Assembly: GCA_003402745.1 (NCBI GenBank)
Contig: QQND01000005.1
Span: 1,357 to 65,356, forward strand
DNA from: Verrucomicrobiota bacterium
Lineage (GTDB): Bacteria; Verrucomicrobiota; Verrucomicrobiia; Chthoniobacterales; Chthoniobacteraceae
Length of the DNA: 64,000 nucleotides
Direction of reading: 5' to 3'
Shown: positions 46,647 to 55,360 of the stretch, piece by piece
Position numbering within the stretch: position 1 is the stretch's first letter
How the letters are laid out: every line of letters starts with the position of its first letter
Notes under the pieces: model-generated
The model's database searches: none
What the model saw: only the letters and a program-made list of their open reading frames with translations
Told to the model about the DNA's origin: nothing
Position numbers and translations under genes: made by a program

Positions 46647-47834
46647 ATGAACTCAGGTTTTTTAGACAAACTGATCGAGCGCATCGGCCGTGTCCGCTCG
46701 GAAGATCTCGAAAGTTATCTGCTGCGACTGGCGGATGAAAAAGGGTTTTTAGAAACCATTTTCAATGCCATTCACGAGGGCGTGATCGTCACAGATCTCC
46801 AAGGACGCATCAGTTATATCAACCGGGGCGCCTGTGAGTTGTTCGGTTTGGACAGAGAAGGTTCCATGAACTCGCCCATCGGGGAATGTTTGCGCGGAAT
46901 TGCTTGGGGGGAGTTGCTCGGAGACGGGAAGGTTGTGTCGCGCGATGTGGAAGTTTTTTATCCGCAGCATCGGTTTGTGAATTTTTATATCGAACCGATG
47001 CGCCTCGAAAAACCGGCTGCGAGACGTTCCTCAGAGGGCTTTGAATGTGAGCCGGTAGGTTTTGCGGTCATCCTTCGCGACATTACCGAAAACCGGCGTT
47101 CCACGGAGGAAACCATCCACAGCGAACAATTGTCTGCTCTGACTTTGCTCGCGGCCGGAGTGGCTCATGAAATTGGAAACCCTCTAAATTCTCTCAACAT
47201 CCACCTCCAACTCTTAGACAGGAAACTCAAGAGAGTCGACGATCCCGTTCGGAGGGAGATGAAGGACGTGCTAGACATTGCTCGGGGTGAAATAGAGCGT
47301 CTCGATTCTATTGTCAGGCAGTTCCTTGGCGCCATCCGTCCCGCACAACTGGAGCTTGGTTTAGAAAACATCAACACCTTGATCCGCGAGACCGTGGACT
47401 TCCTGCGGCAGGAAATTGCGGACCGCGATATCCGGGTAGAGAAGCATCTTCGCGCGGATCTTCCGCTGGCAGAGGTGGACAAAACTCAGATCAAGCAGGC
47501 GTTTTTTAATGTCATCAAAAACGCCGTGCAGGCGATGCGCCCGGGCGGCGTGCTCCACATCGCTTCCACCCAGGAAAACCAATTCATCAAGATCACTTTC
47601 CGCGACACGGGCGGGGGGATTTCACCGACGGATATGAGCAAGATCTTCGATCCGTACTTTACCACGAAGAAAAGCGGATCAGGCCTGGGATTGCTGATTG
47701 TCAGGAGGATCGTTCGCGAACATGGGGGTGAAATCGACCTTGTCTCCCACGACGGAGAAGGGCTCGAGTTCACAATCCGCCTGCCAGTGAGGGATCAGCG
47801 GGCGCGCCTTCTTCCCCCCTCCACCTCCGCCTAA
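46647..47834 (+). CDS. PAS-domain sensor histidine kinase (NtrB/AtoS-like, cytoplasmic)
   Basis: PAS 'LETIFNAIHEGVIVTDLQGRISYINRGACELFG'. H-box 'LAAGVAHEIGNPLNSL'. HATPase 'FRDTGGGI' and 'GSGLGLLIVRRIV'. Confidence 0.85.
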   Translation: MNSGFLDKLIERIGRVRSEDLESYLLRLADEKGFLETIFNAIHEGVIVTDLQGRISYINRGACELFGLDREGSMNSPIGECLRGIAWGELLGDGKVVSRDVEVFYPQHRFVNFYIEPMRLEKPAARRSSEGFECEPVGFAVILRDITENRRSTEETIHSEQLSALTLLAAGVAHEIGNPLNSLNIHLQLLDRKLKRVDDPVRREMKDVLDIARGEIERLDSIVRQFLGAIRPAQLELGLENINTLIRETVDFLRQEIADRDIRVEKHLRADLPLAEVDKTQIKQAFFNVIKNAVQAMRPGGVLHIASTQENQFIKITFRDTGGGISPTDMSKIFDPYFTTKKSGSGLGLLIVRRIVREHGGEIDLVSHDGEGLEFTIRLPVRDQRARLLPPSTSA

Positions 47835-47897
47835 CAGCGAGGGGTGATCCCCGGGCCTCACAAAGGCAAGGCGGGGATCGGAACGCTTCCAAAAAAT

Positions 47898-49487
47898 CTA
47901 CTCCCACTCGATGGTCGCCGGAGGTTTCGAGGAGATGTCGTACACGACCCGGTTTACTCCTTTGACCTCGTTTATAATCCGCGTGGAGATGCGAGCCAGC
48001 AATTCATACGGGAGTTTGACCCAGTCAGCAGTCATCCCATCCTGGCTTTCAACAATGCGCAGAGCCACGGTATTTTCATAGGTCCGCTCATCTCCCATCA
48101 CACCGACGGACCGGACGGGAAGAAGCACTGCGAAACTCTGCCAGACCCGATAATACCAGTCCGATGCCTTCATCTCCGCGACCACAATGGAATCGGCCTC
48201 GCGGAGGACGGAAAGACGCTCCTTAGTGATATCGCCCAAAATGCGGACGGCAAGGCCCGGCCCGGGGAAGGGCTGGCGAAGAACCACCTCCTTGGGCAAA
48301 CCAAGTTGTGCTCCGACCTCGCGCACCTCGTCCTTGAAAAGCTCCCGCAAGGGCTCCACGAGCTGGAACTTCATGTTCTTGGGCAGGCCGCCTACGTTGT
48401 GGTGGCTCTTAATGAGCGCCGCGGGGTTTCCTGCAATGGCCACGCTCTCTATCACATCAGGATAGAGCGTTCCTTGCGCGAGAAACTTAAACTTTGGAGC
48501 CTCCGCCCGGCCCTTCTTGGACGAGAGTTTTTCAACGGCAGCCTCAAAAACGTGGATGAACTCCCGGCCAATGATGCGCCTCTTTCGCTCCGGATCCGTG
48601 ACTCCTTTGAGTTTCTTTAAAAACTGGGCGGAGGCATTGACCACCTTGAGCCTCATTTGAAAGTTATCGCCGAAAAGTTTCCTCACCGCCTCCTCTTCAT
48701 TCGCTCGGAGCAGGCCGTTATTCACGAAAACGCAGGTCAGTTGGTCTCCGATCGCCCTGTGGATCAGCGCGGCGGCGACGCTTGAGTCTACCCCGCCGCT
48801 GAGACCAAGGATGACATGATCCGTACCCACCTGTTCCCGAATGCGATTGCACGTCTCCTCGATGAAGGAACCCATCGTCCAGTCCTTCATGAACCCGCAC
48901 ACTTTGAACAAAAAGTTCGAGATGATTTCCCTGCCCTTGGGGGTGTGTACCACTTCAGGATGAAACTGCAGACCGAAGAACTTCTTTTTGGGATGTTCAA
49001 TCGCAGCGTATGGGCTGTTACCGGTTTTCGCCACCGTTCGGAACCCTGTGGGAAGTTTAGTGAGCTTGTCACCGTGAGAATTCCAGATGTCTAGGGAATC
49101 GGCGAGGCCATCAAAAAGGGCGCATTCCTGCACGAGCGCCAATTCACCCATGCCGTACTCCCGCCGTTCGGAATGCTCCACTTTCCCCCCCAAATGATGC
49201 CCCATCAACTGCATCCCATAACAGATTCCAAGCACTGGAATCCCGAGCTTGAAAAGTTCAGGATCCGGCTGCGGTGCTTTCTTACCATATACGCTGGAAG
49301 GTCCCCCTGAGAGAATAATCCCCTTGGGAGCGAGCTTCTTGATGGCCGCCGCAGAAGTGTCGAAGGGGACGATCTGCGAATAGACCTGAGCCTCGCGCAC
49401 GCGCCGTGCGATGACTTGAGTATACTGCGAGCCGAAATCAAGGATGAGTAAGCGGCTGTGGACGGTTGGGGCGGTCGAGGTAGACAT
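47898..49487 (-). CDS. guaA: GMP synthase (glutamine-hydrolysing)
   Basis: GATase 'GICYGMQL' and 'LQFHPEV'. PP-loop '[12 protein letters not shown]'. C-terminal '[15 protein letters not shown]'. Confidence 0.97.
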   Translation of the reverse strand: MSTSTAPTVHSRLLILDFGSQYTQVIARRVREAQVYSQIVPFDTSAAAIKKLAPKGIILSGGPSSVYGKKAPQPDPELFKLGIPVLGICYGMQLMGHHLGGKVEHSERREYGMGELALVQECALFDGLADSLDIWNSHGDKLTKLPTGFRTVAKTGNSPYAAIEHPKKKFFGLQFHPEVVHTPKGREIISNFLFKVCGFMKDWTMGSFIEETCNRIREQVGTDHVILGLSGGVDSSVAAALIHRAIGDQLTCVFVNNGLLRANEEEAVRKLFGDNFQMRLKVVNASAQFLKKLKGVTDPERKRRIIGREFIHVFEAAVEKLSSKKGRAEAPKFKFLAQGTLYPDVIESVAIAGNPAALIKSHHNVGGLPKNMKFQLVEPLRELFKDEVREVGAQLGLPKEVVLRQPFPGPGLAVRILGDITKERLSVLREADSIVVAEMKASDWYYRVWQSFAVLLPVRSVGVMGDERTYENTVALRIVESQDGMTADWVKLPYELLARISTRIINEVKGVNRVVYDISSKPPATIEWE

Positions 49488-49503
49488 GGAAAAAATGAAC
49501 GAG

Positions 49504-49686
49504 CTAGCGGGGGGGATTCAGAGAAGCATCCTGCTCGGGGTTGGGTGTGTAAAGAGATCCCTGTCCGCGGATGCCGCGTTGCAGCTTTTCACCGAAACCA
49601 GGCTCTCGCGATGGGAGCTCTGATTCGCACGCGCAGAATCCGGTCGCCAGGAGCGTCGCGCCTAAAAGTTTAAACAGGGTCTTCAT
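49504..49686 (-). CDS. Possible small secreted protein (60 aa)
   Basis: Internal ATG gives '[20 protein letters not shown]...' (signal-peptide-like). The upstream part of ORF 49504..49863 overlaps the next gene. Confidence 0.3.
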   Translation of the reverse strand: MKTLFKLLGATLLATGFCACESELPSREPGFGEKLQRGIRGQGSLYTPNPEQDASLNPPR

Positions 49687-49804
49687 CTCGGCTTTATAGA
49701 TGCAGCAGAGCGGGAAGTCTAACCGGGAAAATGGCGTTTGGAGCCTTTGTCTGGAGGCCGCGCGGAGGGAGACGACGGAAGCCCCCTTTGCGCCCCTTAC
49801 CCCA

Positions 49805-50305
49805 TCAGTGCGCCGGACCACTTTGCCGGTAGAGCACACATTTTTTGGGGAGCTGCGCAGCACCCGATACCGAGATGAGCTGCCATTTTAAACGGTCGCC
49901 CTTGATTGTAAGAAGGGCCTCTCCCGAACCGCTACTCTTGCGAAGCTGGAATTGCACCGAAGCCCTCCCGGCTGCACTCACCCGCCCGCGCACCGAGGGA
50001 GGCTCAGGATCGGTGCGCAACGCGGCCTCGATCAGGCCGGCTTGCCCCACAAGCGCCGCATGGTACCCCTCGATGGCAGTGCCAACCTGCGTCAGATCCA
50101 GTTCAAACGATGTTTTATCCGTTTCTGCAGCCACCCACAATCCGGTAAAAGACGGGTTGAGAGAAGACTTCGTCCCGATTCCGTCCGCCCCACGGGGAGC
50201 AGAACTGCACCCCGCCAGAAGCAGCACGAGAAGGAGCAGCAGGGGCCCCGGTTGCTGCTTGCCTCTCTTGAAAAAGACCCCACCAAAAAAAGCGCCCATT
50301 CCCAT
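49805..50305 (-). CDS. Lipoprotein of unknown function
   Basis: An internal ATG gives 'MGMGAFFGGVFFKRGKQQPGPLLLLLVLLLAGCSS' with the lipobox LLAGC. Confidence 0.55.
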   Translation of the reverse strand: MGMGAFFGGVFFKRGKQQPGPLLLLLVLLLAGCSSAPRGADGIGTKSSLNPSFTGLWVAAETDKTSFELDLTQVGTAIEGYHAALVGQAGLIEAALRTDPEPPSVRGRVSAAGRASVQFQLRKSSGSGEALLTIKGDRLKWQLISVSGAAQLPKKCVLYRQSGPAH

Positions 50306-50420
50306 TACCGCCGGCCTCCGCTCTGGAACCGATCTTTCAGACCCCCGACAGCATGCAGCCCTGTTTCGACCCACTCCCAAGACTGAGCCGCGGAGAAAAA
50401 ACGGGGACGAGGCGCGAGGC

Positions 50421-50474
50421 TTTTTTTCACAAACAAAAACAAAGGCGCTTTCCTCGGAAAGGAAAGCGCCTTTG
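50421..50474 (-). terminator. Rho-independent terminator of gene 50505..51242
   Basis: Perfect 14-bp stem, CAAAGGCGCTTTCC (50440..50453) with GGAAAGCGCCTTTG (50461..50474), and a 7-nt loop. On the minus strand it is followed by TTTTTGTTTGTGAAAAAAA. It begins 30 nt after the stop codon. Confidence 0.85.
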
Positions 50475-50504
50475 TGCGAAAGATGCGACGAAAACAGCCT
50501 AAAA

Positions 50505-51242
50505 TCAGACGGCGGCCGCCATTTCCTGCGCATTAAGCTCTTGATCCAACTTGTAAGTTCCGCGAGCCAGTCGGACTACCAGTTTGTTTTTCTTTCCTGT
50601 ACTGGAAAGCCAGACGTGCACCCTCCGATAGCTTGAGCCGATATTGCTGGCAATCTCGCTCACCGACAACCCCCTGGCGCCCGCTTGTTTGAGCGCGTTA
50701 ATAATACTCCTCGTGACCTCGCCGCGACGGGTGCCCGACAAGACCTGGAAGCAATCCCCGCCCACCCCTAACTTTGCGGGAAGGATGGGGACGGTGACGC
50801 TGCCGCAGAGGTGATAGTGGCTCGGACCGGACTTCCGGATCTGAGGAAACCGCTTCAAAGCAGTGTGAAACCAAGAGTGAATATTAACCGCCTTCATTCC
50901 AAGCCTCTCTGCGATGGCATGCACATTGACCCCCGCGTTTCCCGCAGACTCAAGCTGCTGTATGATTTGGGCTCGGAGCTCGCCCCTCGCCATTCTCCTG
51001 CGGTTTGACATTCTTGGGCGCCGAAGTTCTTTCAACCTGGACCGGACATGTCTATTTTCAGAAGTGAAAAGGTCGCGCTGAATAGTGTCTATTCTTTCCT
51101 GGAGCATCTGGAGAGAGTTTTCCAATCCAGTCCGCTGTTCTTCCAGGTCCATGAGTTCTTTCAGGGAGGTGATGCGTTCGCCGCCGGGATGAGCGGTGTA
51201 TGTTGATGTTTTAAAGGTGGTTGCAGCTTTATTTTGGGGCAT
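50505..51242 (-). CDS. Coiled-coil + tandem winged-helix-like repeat protein (putative DNA-binding)
   Basis: N-terminal coiled coil (LKELMDLEEQRTGLENSLQMLQERIDTIQ). Two homologous units of about 60 aa: 'RGELRAQIIQQLESAGNAGVNVHAIAERLG...' and 'RGEVTRSIINALKQAGARGLSVSEIASNIG...'. Confidence 0.6.
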   Translation of the reverse strand: MPQNKAATTFKTSTYTAHPGGERITSLKELMDLEEQRTGLENSLQMLQERIDTIQRDLFTSENRHVRSRLKELRRPRMSNRRRMARGELRAQIIQQLESAGNAGVNVHAIAERLGMKAVNIHSWFHTALKRFPQIRKSGPSHYHLCGSVTVPILPAKLGVGGDCFQVLSGTRRGEVTRSIINALKQAGARGLSVSEIASNIGSSYRRVHVWLSSTGKKNKLVVRLARGTYKLDQELNAQEMAAAV

Positions 51243-51960
51243 TTTGTTTGGGTTTGGATTTTTGCGTTGAGGGTCAGGGATAAAGTTAACGCACTGTCAT
51301 CTGAACATCGCACCCGGCACATGATGCGGATGCCGTGGACTTCTTTTATTTAGATAATGCTTAAACTTTCATTGTTTCCGGCCGAGGTATGCTGTGGCCG
51401 CTAAAGCGTTAGGAAGGTCTGCCCTAGCGGAGAAGCAGCCCCCTGGGAGCCTGAGCTGAGCCAAAGCGAACGTTCCGCCTCTTTTTATTTGACCCTTTAG
51501 CCAACCTGTGGAACTTTGTCCCTGCCTAGAGAGGGACGTCCTGAGGATGTGGTGTCCCCCTTGGCCTCCCAGCAGACGGGAAACCCGGTGACGAAGTTTT
51601 TAGGACTTAGGGGATCTCTGGACGCTTTTCATTGAGTTACGGCCGATGGGCTAGATTCAGAAAAAGTCCGGATTTTCAGAGACAATGAAGTCTTAGCGCG
51701 CTGGGGTTCTGAAATAGCTGTATGATGGCTGTATGTTACTGAGCTTTTCCGGCACGGCAGCGTGCGCGCCTAAGAAAGTGCAGTGCGCCGGCAGGGAGGT
51801 TGGCAGCCAAACATCCTCCGAAAATCCTCCGAGCCCCTCCCTTTGTTGGGATTGCGGCTGCGTGTTGACTCTCCGGCCTGAATCCACTGCCGCTGGTCTC
51901 TAGTCCGGCGGGATTGCTCAAAAAAAAAACAGCTCCGAAAAATATAAGACAAGCGTTTCA

Positions 51961-52159
51961 CGCAGCGCCGCCTCCTCGTTATTGCGTCCCTTTTCCGTCC
52001 CTTTTGCGTCCCCCAGGAACAAGCCCCGCCAGTCGCGGCTTCCCCCGATGTCCACCGCCTTAAAATGGCCCCAAGCTTCTGCAACCCTCGTCGAGGGCTG
52101 CGGAAGGCCCCGCCCCAGCATAGGCGACAAACTGACTTTCTTCTTTTCCTTTTCTCACA
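51961..52159 (+). promoter_or_regulatory. C-rich, G-poor rho leader (rut-like)
   Basis: Hand count over 51961..52060 gives 46 C against 21 G. Tandem 11-nt GTCCCTTTTCC/GTCCCTTTTGC/GTCCCCC at 51986..52014. It lies immediately upstream of the rho start. Confidence 0.4.
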
Positions 52160-54460
52160 ATGACAGAGCCCACGACTGCGCCATCCCCAGAAACCCCAGC
52201 CAAGAGCGTAAAACGCCCCGTAAAACGCAAGCCGAAGACGGAGGCAGCGGTGCCTGCACCCCAGGAACCTGTCGTCGCGACTGGGGCCGCTACCGAGGCA
52301 CCCGCCGGCAAAGCCTCCAGCGTGCGTAAGACACGTCCAAAACCCGCCTCCATGGCACAGGACACCGTCTCGACGCCGCTCGCCCCACCCGTGGTCACCG
52401 ATGCACCAAAAAAGCTGGCGACCAAAAAGCCAACCGCGAGAAAAACAGCCTCACCGCCGGAACCAACCGCTCGGATCGCAGAGCCGGTTTACAGTGCCCC
52501 AGAGCCCCCTCCAGAGCCCCCCTCAGAGAGCGGTGCGCCCGCCGGAGCCAAGCCCCGGCGCAAAAAAGCATCTTCTCCCGCCTCAGAGATTCCTTCAGCC
52601 GAACCGGAAAGTATTTTGTTGCCCAACGACGGCTCGTCTGCGCCCGTAAAGCGGGCAAAAACAGTCCCCCGAAAAAAACGGGAGGAAACTGCTGCGCCGT
52701 CCGCGCCTCCAACCCCCGCGCCCGCCTCCTCTGCTCCGGAACCCCTCTCCCGCGAAGATTCCCATGAAACCTGGTCTCCGGGTTCTCGCTCGACGACGGT
52801 TCCAGTAGAATCAGCGCGCAAGCCCTATCCCGTGTATGTACCTCTGCACATCGCCAAACAGATGGAGCAAGAGGGCAAAGCCGCGCCGTTAGCCGTTGCC
52901 GCCGACGCTCATCAGGCCGCAGAAATTCGCGCGGCATCCTACGAGAACCGCCACGGGGGCGGCCACCAACCCCAGTCGCAGGCGACAACCTATCCACGCG
53001 ATGATCAGGGCCGCGGACAACGCCGGGAACGCTCAGGGGAACGCTCAGGGGAACGCTCAGGGGAACGCTCAGGGGAACGCTCAGGGGAACGCTCAGGGGA
53101 ACGCTCAGGGGAACGCTCAGGAGAACGCTCAGGAGAACGCTCAGGAGAACGCTCAGGAGAACGCTCAGGAGAACGCTCAGGAGAACGCGTGCAGGAGAAC
53201 CGCTCGCAGGACCGCCATGAACGTCACGATCGGAAACGGAGCAGGCACGACAGAAGAAGGGACGGGCGCGATGAGCCCCATCAGCCGCATCAAAGGCAGG
53301 GCGATAGCCAGAACCAGCAAGAGCACACCCGTGAACTGCCCCCGCCAACCCTTGAGGAACTTTCTGAAGGAGAAGGAATCATTGAGATTTCGGGCAAGGG
53401 ATTCGGTTTCTTACGCGACCGCGGGCGCAATTTTGCCCAGAGCCCAGCTGACATCTTTGTTTCGCCTGAGATGGTTCGCCGATTCAATCTACGGGACGGC
53501 CAGTGGATCAAGGGAACGGTAAGAAAGAGCGGCAGAGGCCATCAGATGCATGAAATTCAATCGGTCAACGGAGATGCTCCTGAGGCGTCTCGGATGCAGC
53601 CCTCTTTCGACGAGCTGACGGTGATTAATCCGAGCGAGCCGCTCTGGATGGCGACCACTCCCGAGCGTTACACGACGCGGATCATTGATATGGTTTCACC
53701 GATAGGAAAAGGGCAGCGGGGACTCATTGTGGCCCCGCCTCGGACAGGGAAGACGACCTTGCTGCAGCACATTGCAGACGCGATGATGAAGAACCACCCG
53801 GAGGTACAGCTCATCATGTTGCTCGTTGATGAAAGACCGGAGGAAGTCACTGAAATCAGGCACACCGTGCCCAAGGCGGAGATCATGGCCAGTTCAAACG
53901 ACATGGACGTGCGCAGTCACACTCGGATTGCTGAACTTGCCATTGAGCGCGCCAAGCGCCTGGTGGAAGCAGGCAAGGATGTGTTCATCCTACTTGATTC
54001 GATCACCAGACTTGGGCGCGCCTTCAACAATGCGATGACCAACGGCGGACGCACCATGTCTGGCGGGATTGACGCTCGGGCGATGGAAACGCCTCGAAAA
54101 CTGTTTGCAGCCGCGCGGAACACGGAGGAGGCGGGGTCGCTCACCATTATTGCAACCGCGCTGATTGAAACGGGAAGCCGCATGGATGAAATCATCTTTC
54201 AAGAATTCAAGGGCACCGGAAATATGGAGCTCGTACTGGACCGTAAAATTGCTGAACAGCGGATTTACCCTGCCGTGGATATTTTCCAGAGCGGAACGCG
54301 CCGGGAAGAGCTGCTGGTGCCTGCGGACACGCTGCACAAAATCAATTTTTTGCGCAGGGGACTCGCCGGCTGCCGGCCCTCGGACGCAATCGATCGGCTT
54401 CTGTTTTATCTCAAAAAGTTTCAAACCAACGACCAGATGCTCCGCGAAATCCGCGGATAG
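52160..54460 (+). CDS. rho: Transcription termination factor Rho with an N-terminal low-complexity extension of about 400 aa
   Basis: Core from about aa 404: 'GEGIIEISGKGFGFLRD', 'IFVSPEMVRRFNLRDGQWIKG', Walker A 'APPRTGKTTLL', 'LLVDERPEEVTE', 'LLDSITRLGRAFN' and 'EFKGTGNMELVLDRKIAE'. Confidence 0.95.
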   Translation: MTEPTTAPSPETPAKSVKRPVKRKPKTEAAVPAPQEPVVATGAATEAPAGKASSVRKTRPKPASMAQDTVSTPLAPPVVTDAPKKLATKKPTARKTASPPEPTARIAEPVYSAPEPPPEPPSESGAPAGAKPRRKKASSPASEIPSAEPESILLPNDGSSAPVKRAKTVPRKKREETAAPSAPPTPAPASSAPEPLSREDSHETWSPGSRSTTVPVESARKPYPVYVPLHIAKQMEQEGKAAPLAVAADAHQAAEIRAASYENRHGGGHQPQSQATTYPRDDQGRGQRRERSGERSGERSGERSGERSGERSGERSGERSGERSGERSGERSGERSGERSGERVQENRSQDRHERHDRKRSRHDRRRDGRDEPHQPHQRQGDSQNQQEHTRELPPPTLEELSEGEGIIEISGKGFGFLRDRGRNFAQSPADIFVSPEMVRRFNLRDGQWIKGTVRKSGRGHQMHEIQSVNGDAPEASRMQPSFDELTVINPSEPLWMATTPERYTTRIIDMVSPIGKGQRGLIVAPPRTGKTTLLQHIADAMMKNHPEVQLIMLLVDERPEEVTEIRHTVPKAEIMASSNDMDVRSHTRIAELAIERAKRLVEAGKDVFILLDSITRLGRAFNNAMTNGGRTMSGGIDARAMETPRKLFAAARNTEEAGSLTIIATALIETGSRMDEIIFQEFKGTGNMELVLDRKIAEQRIYPAVDIFQSGTRREELLVPADTLHKINFLRRGLAGCRPSDAIDRLLFYLKKFQTNDQMLREIRG
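53027..53182 (+). repeat. 13 perfect 12-bp tandem repeats encoding (E-R-S-G)13 inside rho
   Basis: GAACGCTCAGGG x7 followed by GAACGCTCAGGA x6. A degenerate 14th unit (GAACGCGTGCAG) follows at 53183. Confidence 0.95.
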
Positions 54461-54516
54461 TGAGATGTTTGACGGGGATGCATTGAGAATCCGACTGGGG
54501 GCCGGAGGCGGAAAGA

Positions 54517-55242
54517 TCAGCGCGTCGACCGCGCCGAAAAGGCGGCGTCTCTCCTTGCTTGTAGAAGAGCCTCCCAGTTTTTGTCCTCCAATTTAAAATT
54601 CTCCCCGAGGATCAGCCGGAGATTGTCGAGTGCGAACGGGCCCAACGGATGCAGAGGCACGCCCGCCAGCTGCCTCAGGCTGGGGAGTGAGACCTCATCC
54701 GGACGCTCCATCAAGTCAGCGAACAGCACGCTCAAGACGCGGCCGTGTGCTTGCGGGTTGAGGAGAAAAGGCAACGCCACATCTCTCCACGCCTTGTCAG
54801 GCAGGCGTTTCAAGGCTTGCTCTGCGGCAGGCTCCAGTGCCTCTTCGGGCAGATAGCCCAGCAGCCCAAAAACAGCCTTTGCCGCCGCCGTGTCATCGAC
54901 GGCCCGGGCCACGGCCTGCTTTATCTGCAACTCCCAGGGCAGCGGTCCCCTGGAGAACTGCAGCAGGGACGCGACATTGGGGGCTGCAGGGGGGCTTGTC
55001 CCGCCTGCCACGGCAATCGGAAAATGTCCTGCGAGGAGCGCCTCGTCGGAAACGTCCTTCGGCGCAATATCCGGCGCAGCCTGCGTTGGAATCGCCCCCC
55101 CCGTAATCGATGGTGCCTCCATTGGGGTTCGCAGCGGCCCGTCGCCCGACGAAGCCTTCGGGGCAACAGCACTGAGCGACCAAAACAACAGGCAGCCCGC
55201 CAAAGATATCAGGGCGATTCGAGCTGACACGGAAAGCTTCAT
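54517..55242 (-). CDS. Lipoprotein of unknown function
   Basis: 'MKLSVSARIALISLAGCLLF' contains the lipobox LAGC. The remainder is Ala/Pro/Leu-rich with no known motif. Confidence 0.55.
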   Translation of the reverse strand: MKLSVSARIALISLAGCLLFWSLSAVAPKASSGDGPLRTPMEAPSITGGAIPTQAAPDIAPKDVSDEALLAGHFPIAVAGGTSPPAAPNVASLLQFSRGPLPWELQIKQAVARAVDDTAAAKAVFGLLGYLPEEALEPAAEQALKRLPDKAWRDVALPFLLNPQAHGRVLSVLFADLMERPDEVSLPSLRQLAGVPLHPLGPFALDNLRLILGENFKLEDKNWEALLQARRDAAFSARSTR

Positions 55243-55360
55243 GCTTTGTTCAGCCTAGCTAATTTTGCGGCAGCGATCCTTTGAAAAAACATCCTCGGGG
55301 CTATCCAGAATCACCGGTCCATAGATCTGCTGAAAACGAGCGGCCTCCGGCGGCGCGACG

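Noticed and set aside
47844-48620. 258-aa plus-strand ORF
   Set aside because: Antisense to guaA, which is among the most confidently identified genes in the window.
51395-51450. SRP-RNA-like string (AGGAAGGTCTGCCCTAGCGGAGAAGCAGCC) in the gap upstream of rho
   Set aside because: It resembles the 3' side of 4.5S helix 8 (GGAAGCAGCC), but the apical loop would be UAGC rather than the conserved GNAR tetraloop. I could not build the long closing helix of an SRP RNA around it.
51655-51680. RNase P-like 'AAAGTCCGG' string
   Set aside because: Only this 9-mer matches the P4 region. None of the other conserved RNase P RNA blocks is present nearby on either strand.
53027-53182. 12-bp tandem array as a CRISPR or non-coding satellite
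   Set aside because: The units are contiguous with no spacers, are in frame, and lie inside the rho ORF. This is a coding microsatellite.
52395-53348. 317-aa minus-strand ORF antisense to rho, containing (LSVL/LSVP)n repeats
   Set aside because: It is the reverse-complement reading of the ERSG repeat and the GC-rich rho extension. The plus strand carries an unmistakable rho continuous with this region, and long antisense ORFs are expected at this GC content.
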